NCBI GenBank assembly: GCA_965233165.1
Contig: CBDDRX010000041.1
Location: forward strand, 232-64,231
Direction: 5' to 3'
Origin: an uncultured bacterium
GTDB lineage: Bacteria; Pseudomonadota; Gammaproteobacteria; Burkholderiales; SG8-39
DNA length: 64,000 nt
Position numbers and translations under genes: made by a program
Part shown: positions 47,374 through 55,790 of the stretch, piece by piece
Numbering within the stretch: the stretch's first letter is position 1
Layout of the letters: each line of letters starts with the position of its first letter
The notes under the pieces: model-generated
Database searches by the model: none
Told to the model about the DNA's origin: nothing
The model's input: the letters and a program-made list of their open reading frames with translations, nothing else

Positions 47374-48462
47374 ATGAAGCGCATATCTAGGCTGTGCCTG
47401 GCATTGCTGTTCGGGATATCGGGGGCCGCGTTCGGGCAGCAGCCCGGCGCCCCGAAGGATGACGGACCCGCGACCCGGGAAGAAGCACAGCAGCAGCGCC
47501 AGGTCACACAGCCGGGCAACAACGCCCCGGTCTGGCGGGAAGTGCAGTCCGGCACGCCGAACTACACCAGCCTTCCGGGTCGCGAAATGGGGGTGCTGAT
47601 TCAGCCGCCGGCGCGCTTCCTTGGCCAGGAATACCGCACTACAGCGGGCGAGGCGTGGCGCCAGTTCCGCAACGGTCCGATGACGTTCTACGGCGGCTGG
47701 CTCGTGCTGCTCGCCCTGATTGCGATTGCCGCCCTCTACTTTACCAAGGGCGCGGTGAAGCTCCACGACGCGCCGACCGGCCGCAAGCTGCTCCGTTTCA
47801 CGCCATCCGAGCGCATCGTGCACTGGTCGGTCGCCATCAGCTTCTGCATCCTCGGCATCTCCGGCCTGATCATGCTGTTCGGCAAGTACATCCTGCTCCC
47901 GGTCATCGGCTACACGCTGTTCGGCTGGCTCGGGAACCTGTCGAAGAACCTGCACAACTTCGTCGCGCCGTTCTTCATGGTGTCGGTCCTGGTCATGGTG
48001 GCCATCTGGATCCGCGACAACATGCCCAAGTCCTATGACCTCAAGTGGTTCAGCGGCGCCTGGGCGTTCTTCACGCGGGGCAAGCACATCCCGTCCGGCC
48101 GGTTCAACGCAGGCGAGAAGGCGTGGTTCTGGATCGGCGTGGTTGCGCTGAGCGTGGTCGTCAGCTGGAGCGGGCTCATCCTGCTCTTCCCGAACTTCGA
48201 CCAGACGCGCGCCACCATGCAGGACGCGTGGATCTGGCACGCCTCCGCAGCGCTGCTCTACATCGCAATGTCGCTCGGCCATATCTACATGGGAACGATC
48301 GGCGTGGAAGGTGCCTACGGGAACATGCGCGAGGGCTATACCGACGAGACCTGGGCGAGGGAGCACCACGAATACTGGTACAACGAGGTCAAGTCCGGCC
48401 AATCGCGCGCCCCGGGCGGCGCGGTCCCGGCGGGCGCACCGCACATGAGGGAGAAATCATGA
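47374..48462 (+). CDS. fdhC: formate dehydrogenase cytochrome b (gamma) subunit with N-terminal exported extension
   Basis: 362 aa. A signal peptide and a ~90-aa extension are followed by a 4-TM di-haem b-type core with conserved His (ERIVHWS, NLHNF, WIWHA, LGHIYMG). Confidence 0.85.
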   Translation: MKRISRLCLALLFGISGAAFGQQPGAPKDDGPATREEAQQQRQVTQPGNNAPVWREVQSGTPNYTSLPGREMGVLIQPPARFLGQEYRTTAGEAWRQFRNGPMTFYGGWLVLLALIAIAALYFTKGAVKLHDAPTGRKLLRFTPSERIVHWSVAISFCILGISGLIMLFGKYILLPVIGYTLFGWLGNLSKNLHNFVAPFFMVSVLVMVAIWIRDNMPKSYDLKWFSGAWAFFTRGKHIPSGRFNAGEKAWFWIGVVALSVVVSWSGLILLFPNFDQTRATMQDAWIWHASAALLYIAMSLGHIYMGTIGVEGAYGNMREGYTDETWAREHHEYWYNEVKSGQSRAPGGAVPAGAPHMREKS

Positions 48463-48695
48463 AAAGAATCCTGACGGTCATCGCTGCCGGCCTGCTGGCC
48501 GGAATCCTCGCCACGGCCAACGCCAAACTGCCGCCGGCGCCGGCGAAATCCGACGCAGAGAAGTCGGCCGAGGCGGAGAAGGCCGCTGCCGCGAAGGCCA
48601 AGGACGCGGCGGACCTGGGCAAAGCGCAGGAAAAGGCTGTCGCGAACTACAAGAAGAACAAGGGCATTTCCATGGATGGCAAGGCCAAGAAGTAG
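48459..48695 (+). CDS. small exported Ala/Lys-rich protein
   Basis: 78 aa. The ATG overlaps the fdhC stop (ATGA) and follows GAGGGAG. Signal peptide ends ILATANA. It is the last gene before the terminator. Confidence 0.5.
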   Translation: MKRILTVIAAGLLAGILATANAKLPPAPAKSDAEKSAEAEKAAAAKAKDAADLGKAQEKAVANYKKNKGISMDGKAKK

Positions 48696-48720
48696 GCGTG
48701 ACCGCCGTCGAAGCATTGAA

Positions 48721-48747
48721 GGGCGCCGCGAGGCGCCCTTTCTGTTT
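48721..48747 (+). terminator. rho-independent terminator (potentially bidirectional)
   Basis: GGGCGCC-GCGA-GGCGCCC forms a perfect 7-bp GC stem followed by TTTCTGTTT. It sits between the convergent fdh operon end and the DUF1330 gene. Confidence 0.72.
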
Positions 48748-49035
48748 CTAGACGCCTTCGACGAGGATTAGCCGCCCGCTCGACGCTCCCTGGCGCATCC
48801 GGATCAGCGGCGCGTACTCGCTCGAGCGGTACCACTTCTCCGCCTGCTCGAAGGACGGGAATTCGAGGATGACGATACGCCCGGCCGGCGGCGCACCTTC
48901 GACGCCCTCGGATTTTCCTCCGCGCACCAGGAAGCGGCCGCCGAATTTCTCGATCGTCCCCAGCACCTGCTTGCGGTACTCCTCGTAGGCTGCGGGTTCC
49001 TTCACTGCTACTTCCCCGATCACGTAGCCTTTCAT
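48748..49035 (-). CDS. DUF1330-domain protein
   Basis: 95 aa. MKGYVIGEVAVKEPAAYEEYRK...ILEFPSFEQAEKWYRSSEY matches the remembered DUF1330 pattern. Confidence 0.72.
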   Translation of the reverse strand: MKGYVIGEVAVKEPAAYEEYRKQVLGTIEKFGGRFLVRGGKSEGVEGAPPAGRIVILEFPSFEQAEKWYRSSEYAPLIRMRQGASSGRLILVEGV

Positions 49036-49086
49036 CGGCTGCTCCTCGAATATCCGGAACGGCGAATAGTCCCCCGTACGCGCAGG

Positions 49087-50361
49087 CTACGCTAGAAGCT
49101 GCAGCGATATGCCGAGCGCGGCCATGATGGCCACGAGCTCCACCAGGCCGCGGTGGAAGCGGAACGCCAGCAACGCCGCGATCGCCGCCAAGGCCAAGGT
49201 CTTCAAGTCGATCGAGAGCGGGTCGAACGCATACCAGCGCAGCGGTCCGGCGCGCGCTTCCGTGACCCCGGCGAAGAGCACGTGCAGGACAAACCAGACC
49301 GTCAGGTTGAGGATCACCCCCACGACCGCGGCCGTGATGGCGGCGAGCGCGCCCGACAGGCGCTTGTTCGCGCGCAGCTGCTCGACGAACGGAGCGCCAG
49401 CGAAGATGAGCAGCATCGGCGGGACGAACGTTACCCAGGTGGTGAGCGCAGAACCGATGATGGCGGCCGCCATCGGCGTGAAAGGCGCCGGGTCGCGCCA
49501 GGCGCCGAGGAAGCCCACGAACTGGGTGACCTTGATGAGCGGGCCGGGCAGGGTCTCGGCGAGGCCGAGGCCGTCGACCATTTCAGGCGCGCTCATCCAG
49601 CGGTAGGTCTCGACGGCCTCCTGCGCCATGTAGGAGAGCAGGGCGTACGCGCCGCCGAAGCTGACCACCGCCAGCTTCGAGAAGAACAGGCCGATGTCGG
49701 CAAGGACGTGGGTCGGGCCGAGCAGGGCGAAGACGACAATGATCGGCGACCACCACAGCACGAGCCCCACCGCCGCTGCCTGCCCCGCCTGGCGCCAGCG
49801 GCCTGCGAGGGGCACTGCCGCCGGCCCGTCCTCATGGCGGGTCGTGAGATAGCCGATCGCACCGGCGGCGGCGACGATGAGCGGGAAGGGCAGATCGAGG
49901 AAGAAGATGCCGATGAAGGCGGCGGCCGCGAGCCCGACCAGCAACTGCGACTTGAGCGCGCGCCGGCCGATCCTCAGAAGCGCCTCCACGACGATGACCA
50001 GCACCGCGGCCTTGATGCCAAAGAGCACGCCGTCGACCACCGGAATGCCCTGCCCGAGGACATAGAGCAGGCTCATGGCGAGCATCACGAGCGCGCCCGG
50101 CAGCACGAAGAGGATGCCCGCGGCCAGCCCGCCGCGCACGCCGTGCAGCAGCCAGCCGACATAGGTGGCGAGCTTCTGCGCCTCCGGGCCGGGAAGCAGC
50201 ATGCAGAAGTTGAGCGCATGCAGGTACCGCGACTCCTCCACCCACTTCTTCTCGTCGACGATCACCCGGTGCATGAGCGCGATCTGCCCGGCCGGCCCGC
50301 CGAAGCCGAGGCAGCCGATCTTCAGCCATACGCCGAGCGCCTCGCGGAAGGGGACGCTCAT
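49087..50361 (-). CDS. chrA: chromate ion transporter (CHR family, long form)
   Basis: 424 aa from ATG 50361. Two CHR halves with GFGGPAGQIALMH and SFGGAYALLSYM motifs. The upstream part of the track ORF is spurious. Confidence 0.88.
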   Translation of the reverse strand: MSVPFREALGVWLKIGCLGFGGPAGQIALMHRVIVDEKKWVEESRYLHALNFCMLLPGPEAQKLATYVGWLLHGVRGGLAAGILFVLPGALVMLAMSLLYVLGQGIPVVDGVLFGIKAAVLVIVVEALLRIGRRALKSQLLVGLAAAAFIGIFFLDLPFPLIVAAAGAIGYLTTRHEDGPAAVPLAGRWRQAGQAAAVGLVLWWSPIIVVFALLGPTHVLADIGLFFSKLAVVSFGGAYALLSYMAQEAVETYRWMSAPEMVDGLGLAETLPGPLIKVTQFVGFLGAWRDPAPFTPMAAAIIGSALTTWVTFVPPMLLIFAGAPFVEQLRANKRLSGALAAITAAVVGVILNLTVWFVLHVLFAGVTEARAGPLRWYAFDPLSIDLKTLALAAIAALLAFRFHRGLVELVAIMAALGISLQLLA

Positions 50362-51143
50362 GCCGTCCGGTACGCCTCTGGTTTCCACGTGTGCACCTCG
50401 TCTCGCCCATCGCGGCACCAGGCGTACAGCGCGTCGTAGACCACCATCCCGTGCTCCAGCATCTCCAGGTCGTCCCGGAAGGTCCGCGAGAGGCCGAGCG
50501 ACAGGGCGGCGAGCCCCGCCGCCTGCGGCGCGAGGTCGAGGCGGCCCGTGTCCGCGCCGCGCACGATCGTCGCGAGCGCGTCGAGCGCTGGGTCGCGCAG
50601 CCGGAACGCCTTGAGGAAGGCATCGAAGCTGCATTCCTCTCCGTCGTGCGAGAACCGGACGTCCGGCACGTCGTAGGGGACCGCGCTTCGTTCCTGCGCG
50701 ACCTTCAGGACGTCCGCGTTCGGGACGTAGAGGAACTCCGCGTCGGCATCGATGAAGCGGCGCACCAGCCAGGGACAGGCGATGCGGTCAATCTTCGGGC
50801 GCTCCCGCGTCACCCACCGGGTCGCCGCGCGCGCCGGCTTGCCGAGGAGCTCGCCGCCGGCTGCGCGCCATGCCTCGATGCCCCCTTCGAGGTAGCGGGC
50901 GCCGAGCGCCTTCGCCGCGTCCTGGCTCACCTCGTGGCCGTGCACGCAGTAGACGACGATGGCCGCGGAAGCCGGGAGCCGCTTCTTCAGCGTGTCGATG
51001 CGCAAGGGGTCGCAGCGCAAGGCGCCGGCGATCAGGTCCGAGGCTTCGTAGAACCGCTCCTGCCGCCGCACGTCGATGACCAGCGGGGGCTGCGGACCTT
51101 CAAGGGATTTCCGCAAAGCGGCGGGGGTGATGGGATCGTCCAT
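50358..51143 (-). CDS. rhodanese domain fused to ChrB C-terminal-like (chromate resistance) domain
   Basis: 261 aa from ATG 51143 (AGAGGAGA SD). Rhodanese region with VVYCVHGHEVS. C-terminal RIACPWLVRRFID...FLYVP is typical of the Chrome_Resist domain. The stop overlaps the chrA ATG (ATGA). Confidence 0.72.
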   Translation of the reverse strand: MDDPITPAALRKSLEGPQPPLVIDVRRQERFYEASDLIAGALRCDPLRIDTLKKRLPASAAIVVYCVHGHEVSQDAAKALGARYLEGGIEAWRAAGGELLGKPARAATRWVTRERPKIDRIACPWLVRRFIDADAEFLYVPNADVLKVAQERSAVPYDVPDVRFSHDGEECSFDAFLKAFRLRDPALDALATIVRGADTGRLDLAPQAAGLAALSLGLSRTFRDDLEMLEHGMVVYDALYAWCRDGRDEVHTWKPEAYRTA

Positions 51144-51244
51144 GGCGCTCTCCTCTTTGAACAAGAGTTGCGCAGAGCTTGGACGGACCGCCGTCTTGGA
51201 TCGCCGGGGGCCTGCACCCCGACCTGGAGCGCGCAAAGTGTAGT

Positions 51245-52024
51245 TCAGCGCCGCAGCGTCGGCAAGCATGCGTGCCTTTCTCCCGCTACCGCGACCACCT
51301 GTACGGGCACACCGTAGAGACGCTGCAGGGTTTCGGCGCGCACGACCTCGCGCGGTGGGCCGGCCTCCAGCACCCGGCCTTCCCCGAGCAGGAGCGCGCG
51401 CTGCGCGCCGATGAAGGCGTGGTCGGGATCATGCGAGGAGAAGAGGATCGCGATGCCGGAGGCGGCGAGGGCGAGGATGCGCTCGAGCACGCGCACCTGG
51501 TTGCCGAAGTCGAGGCTCGCCGTCGGCTCGTCCATGACGAGGAGCTTCGGCTGCTGGGCGAGCGCGCGCGCGACGAGGGCGAGCTGGCGCTCGCCGCCGG
51601 AGACTTCGTTGATCGGCCGCTCCGCCAGGCCGGCGATCCCGAGCGATTCCAGCGCCTCGTCCGCCAGGCGCCGGTCCGCCGCTCCCGGGACGGCAAACGC
51701 GCCGATGCGCGCCGTGCGCCCCATCAGGACGAACTGGCGCAGCGTGTAGGCGAAATAGGCGGTGTGGCCCTGCGGAACATAGCCCGCGAGGCGCGCGACT
51801 TCGCCTCGCGACAGGGACGCGAGCGCCGAGCCGTCGAGCAGCACCTTTCCGCCCTGGGCCGGCAGCAGCCCGAGCAGCGTGCGGAAGAGGGTCGTCTTTC
51901 CGCCCCCGTTGGGCCCGAGCACGCACATCACCTCGCCGGCGCCCAGGGCGAGCGAGACGTCCCGCCCGACCGTACGGCCGGCAAAGCCGAAGGAGACGCC
52001 GCGGGCTTCCAACACCGGCGTCAC
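51245..52024 (-). CDS. ABC transporter ATP-binding protein (type II importer, FecE/BtuD/MolC-like)
   Basis: 259 aa. Walker A GPNGGGKTT, signature VSGGERQ, Walker B LLVMDEPT. 4-nt overlap with the permease gene. Confidence 0.88.
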   Translation of the reverse strand: MTPVLEARGVSFGFAGRTVGRDVSLALGAGEVMCVLGPNGGGKTTLFRTLLGLLPAQGGKVLLDGSALASLSRGEVARLAGYVPQGHTAYFAYTLRQFVLMGRTARIGAFAVPGAADRRLADEALESLGIAGLAERPINEVSGGERQLALVARALAQQPKLLVMDEPTASLDFGNQVRVLERILALAASGIAILFSSHDPDHAFIGAQRALLLGEGRVLEAGPPREVVRAETLQRLYGVPVQVVAVAGERHACLPTLRR

Positions 52025-53025
52025 CAGCGTCTCCGCGACAGGGCGAACAGCCAGAGGAAGAACGGCGTGCCGATGAACGCAGTCAGGACGCCGGGCGGGA
52101 TCTCGATCGTCGCCGCCGTGCGGCCGAGCGTATCGACGCCGAGGAGAAAAGCGGCGCCGAGCAGCATCGAAAGCGGGAGCAGGCGGCCGAAGTCCGGGCC
52201 GACCAGCAGGCGAGCCGCATGCGGAATGAGCAGGCCGACCCAGCCGATGATGCCGCTGATCGCGACCGCGGTGGCGGTCATCAGCGTCGCGGCTGCGATC
52301 ACGAGCGCACGCAGCCGTGCCGTGTTCACGCCGAGGGCCCGCGCCTCGTCGTCGGGCAGCGCGAGCAGGTTCATGCGCCAGCGCAAGAGCACCATCGGCG
52401 CCAGGCCGAGGAACGCGAGCGGCGCGGCGGAAGCAAGGTCACTGGGCGTCACGGAGGCCAGGCTGCCGAGCAGCCAGTACGTGATGGCCGGAAGCTGGTT
52501 GTACGGGTCGGCAAGGTACTTGAGCAGGGCGATGACCGACCCCAGCAGCGTGCCGATCACCACGCCGGTGAGGACGAGGGCGAGCAGCGGGTCGTGCCCG
52601 CGCATCCGCCCGCCGACCGCGTATACAAGGCTCACCGCCGCGAGGCCGCCAGCGAACGCGAAGAGCTGGATGAAGTACACGTTCAGGGAAAGGAAGATCG
52701 CGAGCACCGCGCCGAGCGCGGCCCCGCTCGAGACGCCCAGGATATCGGGCGAGACGAGCGGATTGCGGAACATCCCCTGGTAGGCGGTGCCGGCGGCGGC
52801 GAGCGCGGCGCCGACGAGCAGCGCCGCGATCACCCGCGGGCCGCGCACCTGCAGGATCACCGTCTCCACGTTCGCCGGCAAGGCGCTCGGGCTGCCGGTC
52901 AGCTTCGCCCCAAGGAGGGTCGCAATCTCGCCCAGCGAGACCGGATACCGGCCCACCGCGAACGCGATCGCCGTCAGCGCGACGAGCGCCCCGATCGCGA
53001 TGACATACGCCGGCGCGAGCCTCAT
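52021..53025 (-). CDS. FecCD-family ABC permease (type II importer)
   Basis: 334 aa from ATG 53025. Motifs typical of BtuC/FecCD: NPLVSPDILGVSSGAALG and IGWVGLLIPHAAR. Confidence 0.88.
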   Translation of the reverse strand: MRLAPAYVIAIGALVALTAIAFAVGRYPVSLGEIATLLGAKLTGSPSALPANVETVILQVRGPRVIAALLVGAALAAAGTAYQGMFRNPLVSPDILGVSSGAALGAVLAIFLSLNVYFIQLFAFAGGLAAVSLVYAVGGRMRGHDPLLALVLTGVVIGTLLGSVIALLKYLADPYNQLPAITYWLLGSLASVTPSDLASAAPLAFLGLAPMVLLRWRMNLLALPDDEARALGVNTARLRALVIAAATLMTATAVAISGIIGWVGLLIPHAARLLVGPDFGRLLPLSMLLGAAFLLGVDTLGRTAATIEIPPGVLTAFIGTPFFLWLFALSRRRW

Positions 53026-54011
53026 CACGGCAGCACGCCTGCCTCGCCAAGCAGCGCGTCGAGCTGCGCCGCCGTGGGCTCGCGGTGATAGAAGCGGCGG
53101 TGGAATTCTGCCACCTTCGTCCGCAGGTCGACGGCGAACGCCTGCGGGTAGAGGACCTTTCCCGCCCACCATGCGCCGAGCAGGCGATTCGCGCCCGGCG
53201 GGAAATCGAACCAGCCGAACGGCAGGTGGGGCGAGAGGAAGACGCGCTTCTTCTCGACCGCGGAAGTCGCGCGCCAGAGCGGATGCTCCCAGGCGAGCTT
53301 CCAGAAGTTCGGATCCGTGGTGAGGATCACCTCCGGGTTCCACAGCAGCACCTGCTCCGCCGACACGACGGCCAGCCCGGCCCGCACCCCGGCGGCGACG
53401 TTGTGCGCGCCCAGCAGCTCGAGCACCTCGACGTTGATCGACCCCCGGCCGCCGGTCTGCAGCCCCGCCGGGCCGCGCCCGTAGTACACCCGCGGCCTCG
53501 CCGCCTCGAGCACGCGCGCCGCGCGCGCCTTGATGTCCGCCAGCTCGCCCTCGAACCATTGCGCGAGGGCTTCGGCGCTCTTCTCCTCGCCCATCAGGCG
53601 CCCCAGGCCGCGCAGAGTTGCGGGCGTTGCATCGAGCCTGCCGTCGAAGAGCGCGTAGGGGATCTTCGTCTGCTTCTGCACCTGCGTCGCAAGAGACGCG
53701 AGGCTCGGCGAGGTGGAGCCGACGTCGACGATGAGGTCAGCCTTCGCGCGCAGCACGACTTCCACGTTGGCGGTGCTGCCGCGACCGGTCAGGCGGCCGA
53801 GCTCCGGAAGTACCGCGTACTTTTCCGGGACGAAGGCGGCCTCGTTCGGTCGAAACGCACGCGTCCATCCGAGCAGCTTGTCGGGGGCGATCGCGAAGAC
53901 CAGAACGCTCGCGGGCGGGCCGGCGGCGTAGACGCGCTCGGTCTTGCGCGGCGCCTGGCCCAGAACGCCGGACGTTGCGAGCAGCAGGGCGAGGGCGCAA
54001 GCCGCTTTCAT
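53025..54011 (-). CDS. periplasmic substrate-binding protein (class III, BtuF/FhuD/MolA-like)
   Basis: 328 aa with a signal peptide. The stop overlaps the permease ATG and the start overlaps the regulator stop (both ATGA). Substrate not assignable from sequence alone. Confidence 0.78.
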   Translation of the reverse strand: MKAACALALLLATSGVLGQAPRKTERVYAAGPPASVLVFAIAPDKLLGWTRAFRPNEAAFVPEKYAVLPELGRLTGRGSTANVEVVLRAKADLIVDVGSTSPSLASLATQVQKQTKIPYALFDGRLDATPATLRGLGRLMGEEKSAEALAQWFEGELADIKARAARVLEAARPRVYYGRGPAGLQTGGRGSINVEVLELLGAHNVAAGVRAGLAVVSAEQVLLWNPEVILTTDPNFWKLAWEHPLWRATSAVEKKRVFLSPHLPFGWFDFPPGANRLLGAWWAGKVLYPQAFAVDLRTKVAEFHRRFYHREPTAAQLDALLGEAGVLP

Positions 54012-55042
54012 GGGCGAATGCCTTCACGGCTCTGCTCCACCCAGGTCAGCGCCGCGTCCAGAGGATGGCGCCGTCCGGCCTGCGCTGCCGAGTAGCCCGG
54101 CAGCTTCTCGATCACGGCCGCCAGTTCGGGGGTGCGCAAAGTCTCCAGCAGTGCGGCCACGGCCGGCAGCTGCAGCGAAGCCTTGGGGCAGGCGATGAAA
54201 TAGCGTTCCGTCGCGAGCTGGACGAAGGAGAGCTTATTCTTTGCGGCTTCCGCACGCAGGCCGAAGCCCGCGTCGGCACGGCCGCGCGCGACTTCCACGG
54301 CGACCGAGGCATCCCGCCCGCCTCGACCCTCCGTGGCGGGATTCTGCCGGTGGATGAAGCGCACGCCGGGCCGGGCGAGGTCGTGCACATTGCGGATCCG
54401 CGAACCGGGCCGCACGATCAGGCCCTGCTCGCGGCGCACGAAGTGGACAAGCACGTGCTTGCGTGAATCGAGCCACTTGCCGAGGGAGGCAGCGGCGGCC
54501 GCGGCGCGCGGGAGGGCGTCGGCCACGTGGAAGCCGGCGAGGTCGCACTCACCGCGCGCGAGCGCGGCGAGGCAGTCGTCCGAGCCCTTGAAGACGACGT
54601 CGAGCTCCAGGCGCGTCGCGCAAAGCTCAGGCAGGGCGGCGATCGCCAGGTCGTGGCTTGCATGCAGGGAGAGCCGCGGGCGCTTGCCGGGCAGCGCGTC
54701 TGCGAGCAGCAGCGGGATCTCGCCCCGCAGTTGCTCGAAGGGCTCGGCGAGCGCGCTGCGCACCCGTGCATCGGCCTGCACCACGCGGCGGCCGAGGTCG
54801 CTGAGGCGGGCGCCTCGACCCTGCTGCATCTCGACCAGGGCGGTGCCGAAGATCTTCGCTGCGTCGCCCAGGACCCCCCAGGCGAAGCGATAGGACACCC
54901 CGGCGGCGCGCGCGGCCTCCCGGAGGGAGCTCGACTGCTCGAGCTCGCGCAGCAGGTGCAGGAGCGCCCGCGCGCGCTCCCGGGGGAGTCCCGGTGCCGC
55001 GAGCCAGCCTGCATCGAACGCGATCTCGACCTTGTTATGCAC
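54008..55042 (-). CDS. ModE-N-type HTH regulator fused to a periplasmic-binding-protein-like (PBP_like) sensor domain
   Basis: 344 aa, GTG start. The N-terminal SLREAARAAGVSYRFAWGVLGD is the ModE-type winged helix. The C-terminal ~230 aa resembles an oxyanion-binding PBP fold. It is the first gene of the type II ABC operon. Confidence 0.72.
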   Translation of the reverse strand: MHNKVEIAFDAGWLAAPGLPRERARALLHLLRELEQSSSLREAARAAGVSYRFAWGVLGDAAKIFGTALVEMQQGRGARLSDLGRRVVQADARVRSALAEPFEQLRGEIPLLLADALPGKRPRLSLHASHDLAIAALPELCATRLELDVVFKGSDDCLAALARGECDLAGFHVADALPRAAAAAASLGKWLDSRKHVLVHFVRREQGLIVRPGSRIRNVHDLARPGVRFIHRQNPATEGRGGRDASVAVEVARGRADAGFGLRAEAAKNKLSFVQLATERYFIACPKASLQLPAVAALLETLRTPELAAVIEKLPGYSAAQAGRRHPLDAALTWVEQSREGIRP

Positions 55043-55098
55043 GGATGAGCCTATTTAAATACCAGCAGGGGGCCGTGTAAAGTCGGCATCGTGTCCAT

Positions 55099-55122
55099 AG
55101 TTATGAACATAGGTGCATAACT
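55099..55122. promoter_or_regulatory. candidate operator: AGTTATG-N10-CATAACT perfect inverted repeat
   Basis: It lies in the 70-nt divergent region between the ModE-N/PBP regulator and tupB. Its spacer contains the tupB GTG. The half-sites resemble the GTTAT/ATAAC cores of ModE operators. A third GTTATG lies at 55034-55039. Confidence 0.45.
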
Positions 55123-55790
55123 TTCCCGGCATCCTGGCCGAGCCCGAGCTCTGGCACATCGTCGCCCTCAGCCTGCAAGTGAGCCTGTCCGCCGTCGGCA
55201 TCGCCATGGCCCTGGGGCTGCCGCTCGGCGCCGCCCTCGCCGTCGGGCGTTTCCCCGGGCGCGACGCGCTCGTGGTCATCCTCAACGCCCTGATGGGGCT
55301 GCCGCCGGTCGTGGTCGGGCTGGTGGTCTACCTCCTGCTCTCGCGCGCGGGCCCGCTCGGTGATCTCGGCCTGCTCTTCACGCCCGGAGCGATGGTGATC
55401 GCGCAGACGATCCTGATCCTGCCGATCGCCGCCGCGCTGTGCCGGCAGGCGGTCGAGGACGCGTGGCGCGAGTACGAAGAGCAGCTGCGCTCCCTGGGCG
55501 TCGACGGGCTTCGCGCCGCGCTGACGGTGCTGTGGGATATCCGGTTTTCGCTCCTGACCGCGGTTCTGGCCGGACTCGGGCGTGCAAGCGCAGAAGTCGG
55601 GGCGGTGATGATCGTGGGCGGGAACATCGACGGCGTGACGCGCGTCATGACGACGACTATCGCGCTGGAGACCTCCAAGGGGGACCTGCCGCTTGCGCTG
55701 GGGCTGGGAATCGTCCTGATCGGCGTGGTGCTGGCGCTCAATGCCGCAGCGCACCTGGTCAAGGAAGCCGCGCAGCGGAGGTACGGATGA
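55113..55790 (+). CDS. tupB: tungstate ABC transporter permease
   Basis: 225 aa, GTG start. 5-6 TM segments and a MetI-type EAA-like loop (EEQLRSLGVDGLRAALTVLWD). Gene order is tupB-tupC-tupA. Confidence 0.8.
   Translation: MHNFPGILAEPELWHIVALSLQVSLSAVGIAMALGLPLGAALAVGRFPGRDALVVILNALMGLPPVVVGLVVYLLLSRAGPLGDLGLLFTPGAMVIAQTILILPIAAALCRQAVEDAWREYEEQLRSLGVDGLRAALTVLWDIRFSLLTAVLAGLGRASAEVGAVMIVGGNIDGVTRVMTTTIALETSKGDLPLALGLGIVLIGVVLALNAAAHLVKEAAQRRYG

Noticed and set aside
51144-51244. Small palindrome CTCTTTGAACAAGAG in the leader of the rhodanese-ChrB gene as an operator.
   Set aside because: It has only 5-bp arms and overlaps the SD region, so it cannot be distinguished from chance without comparative data.
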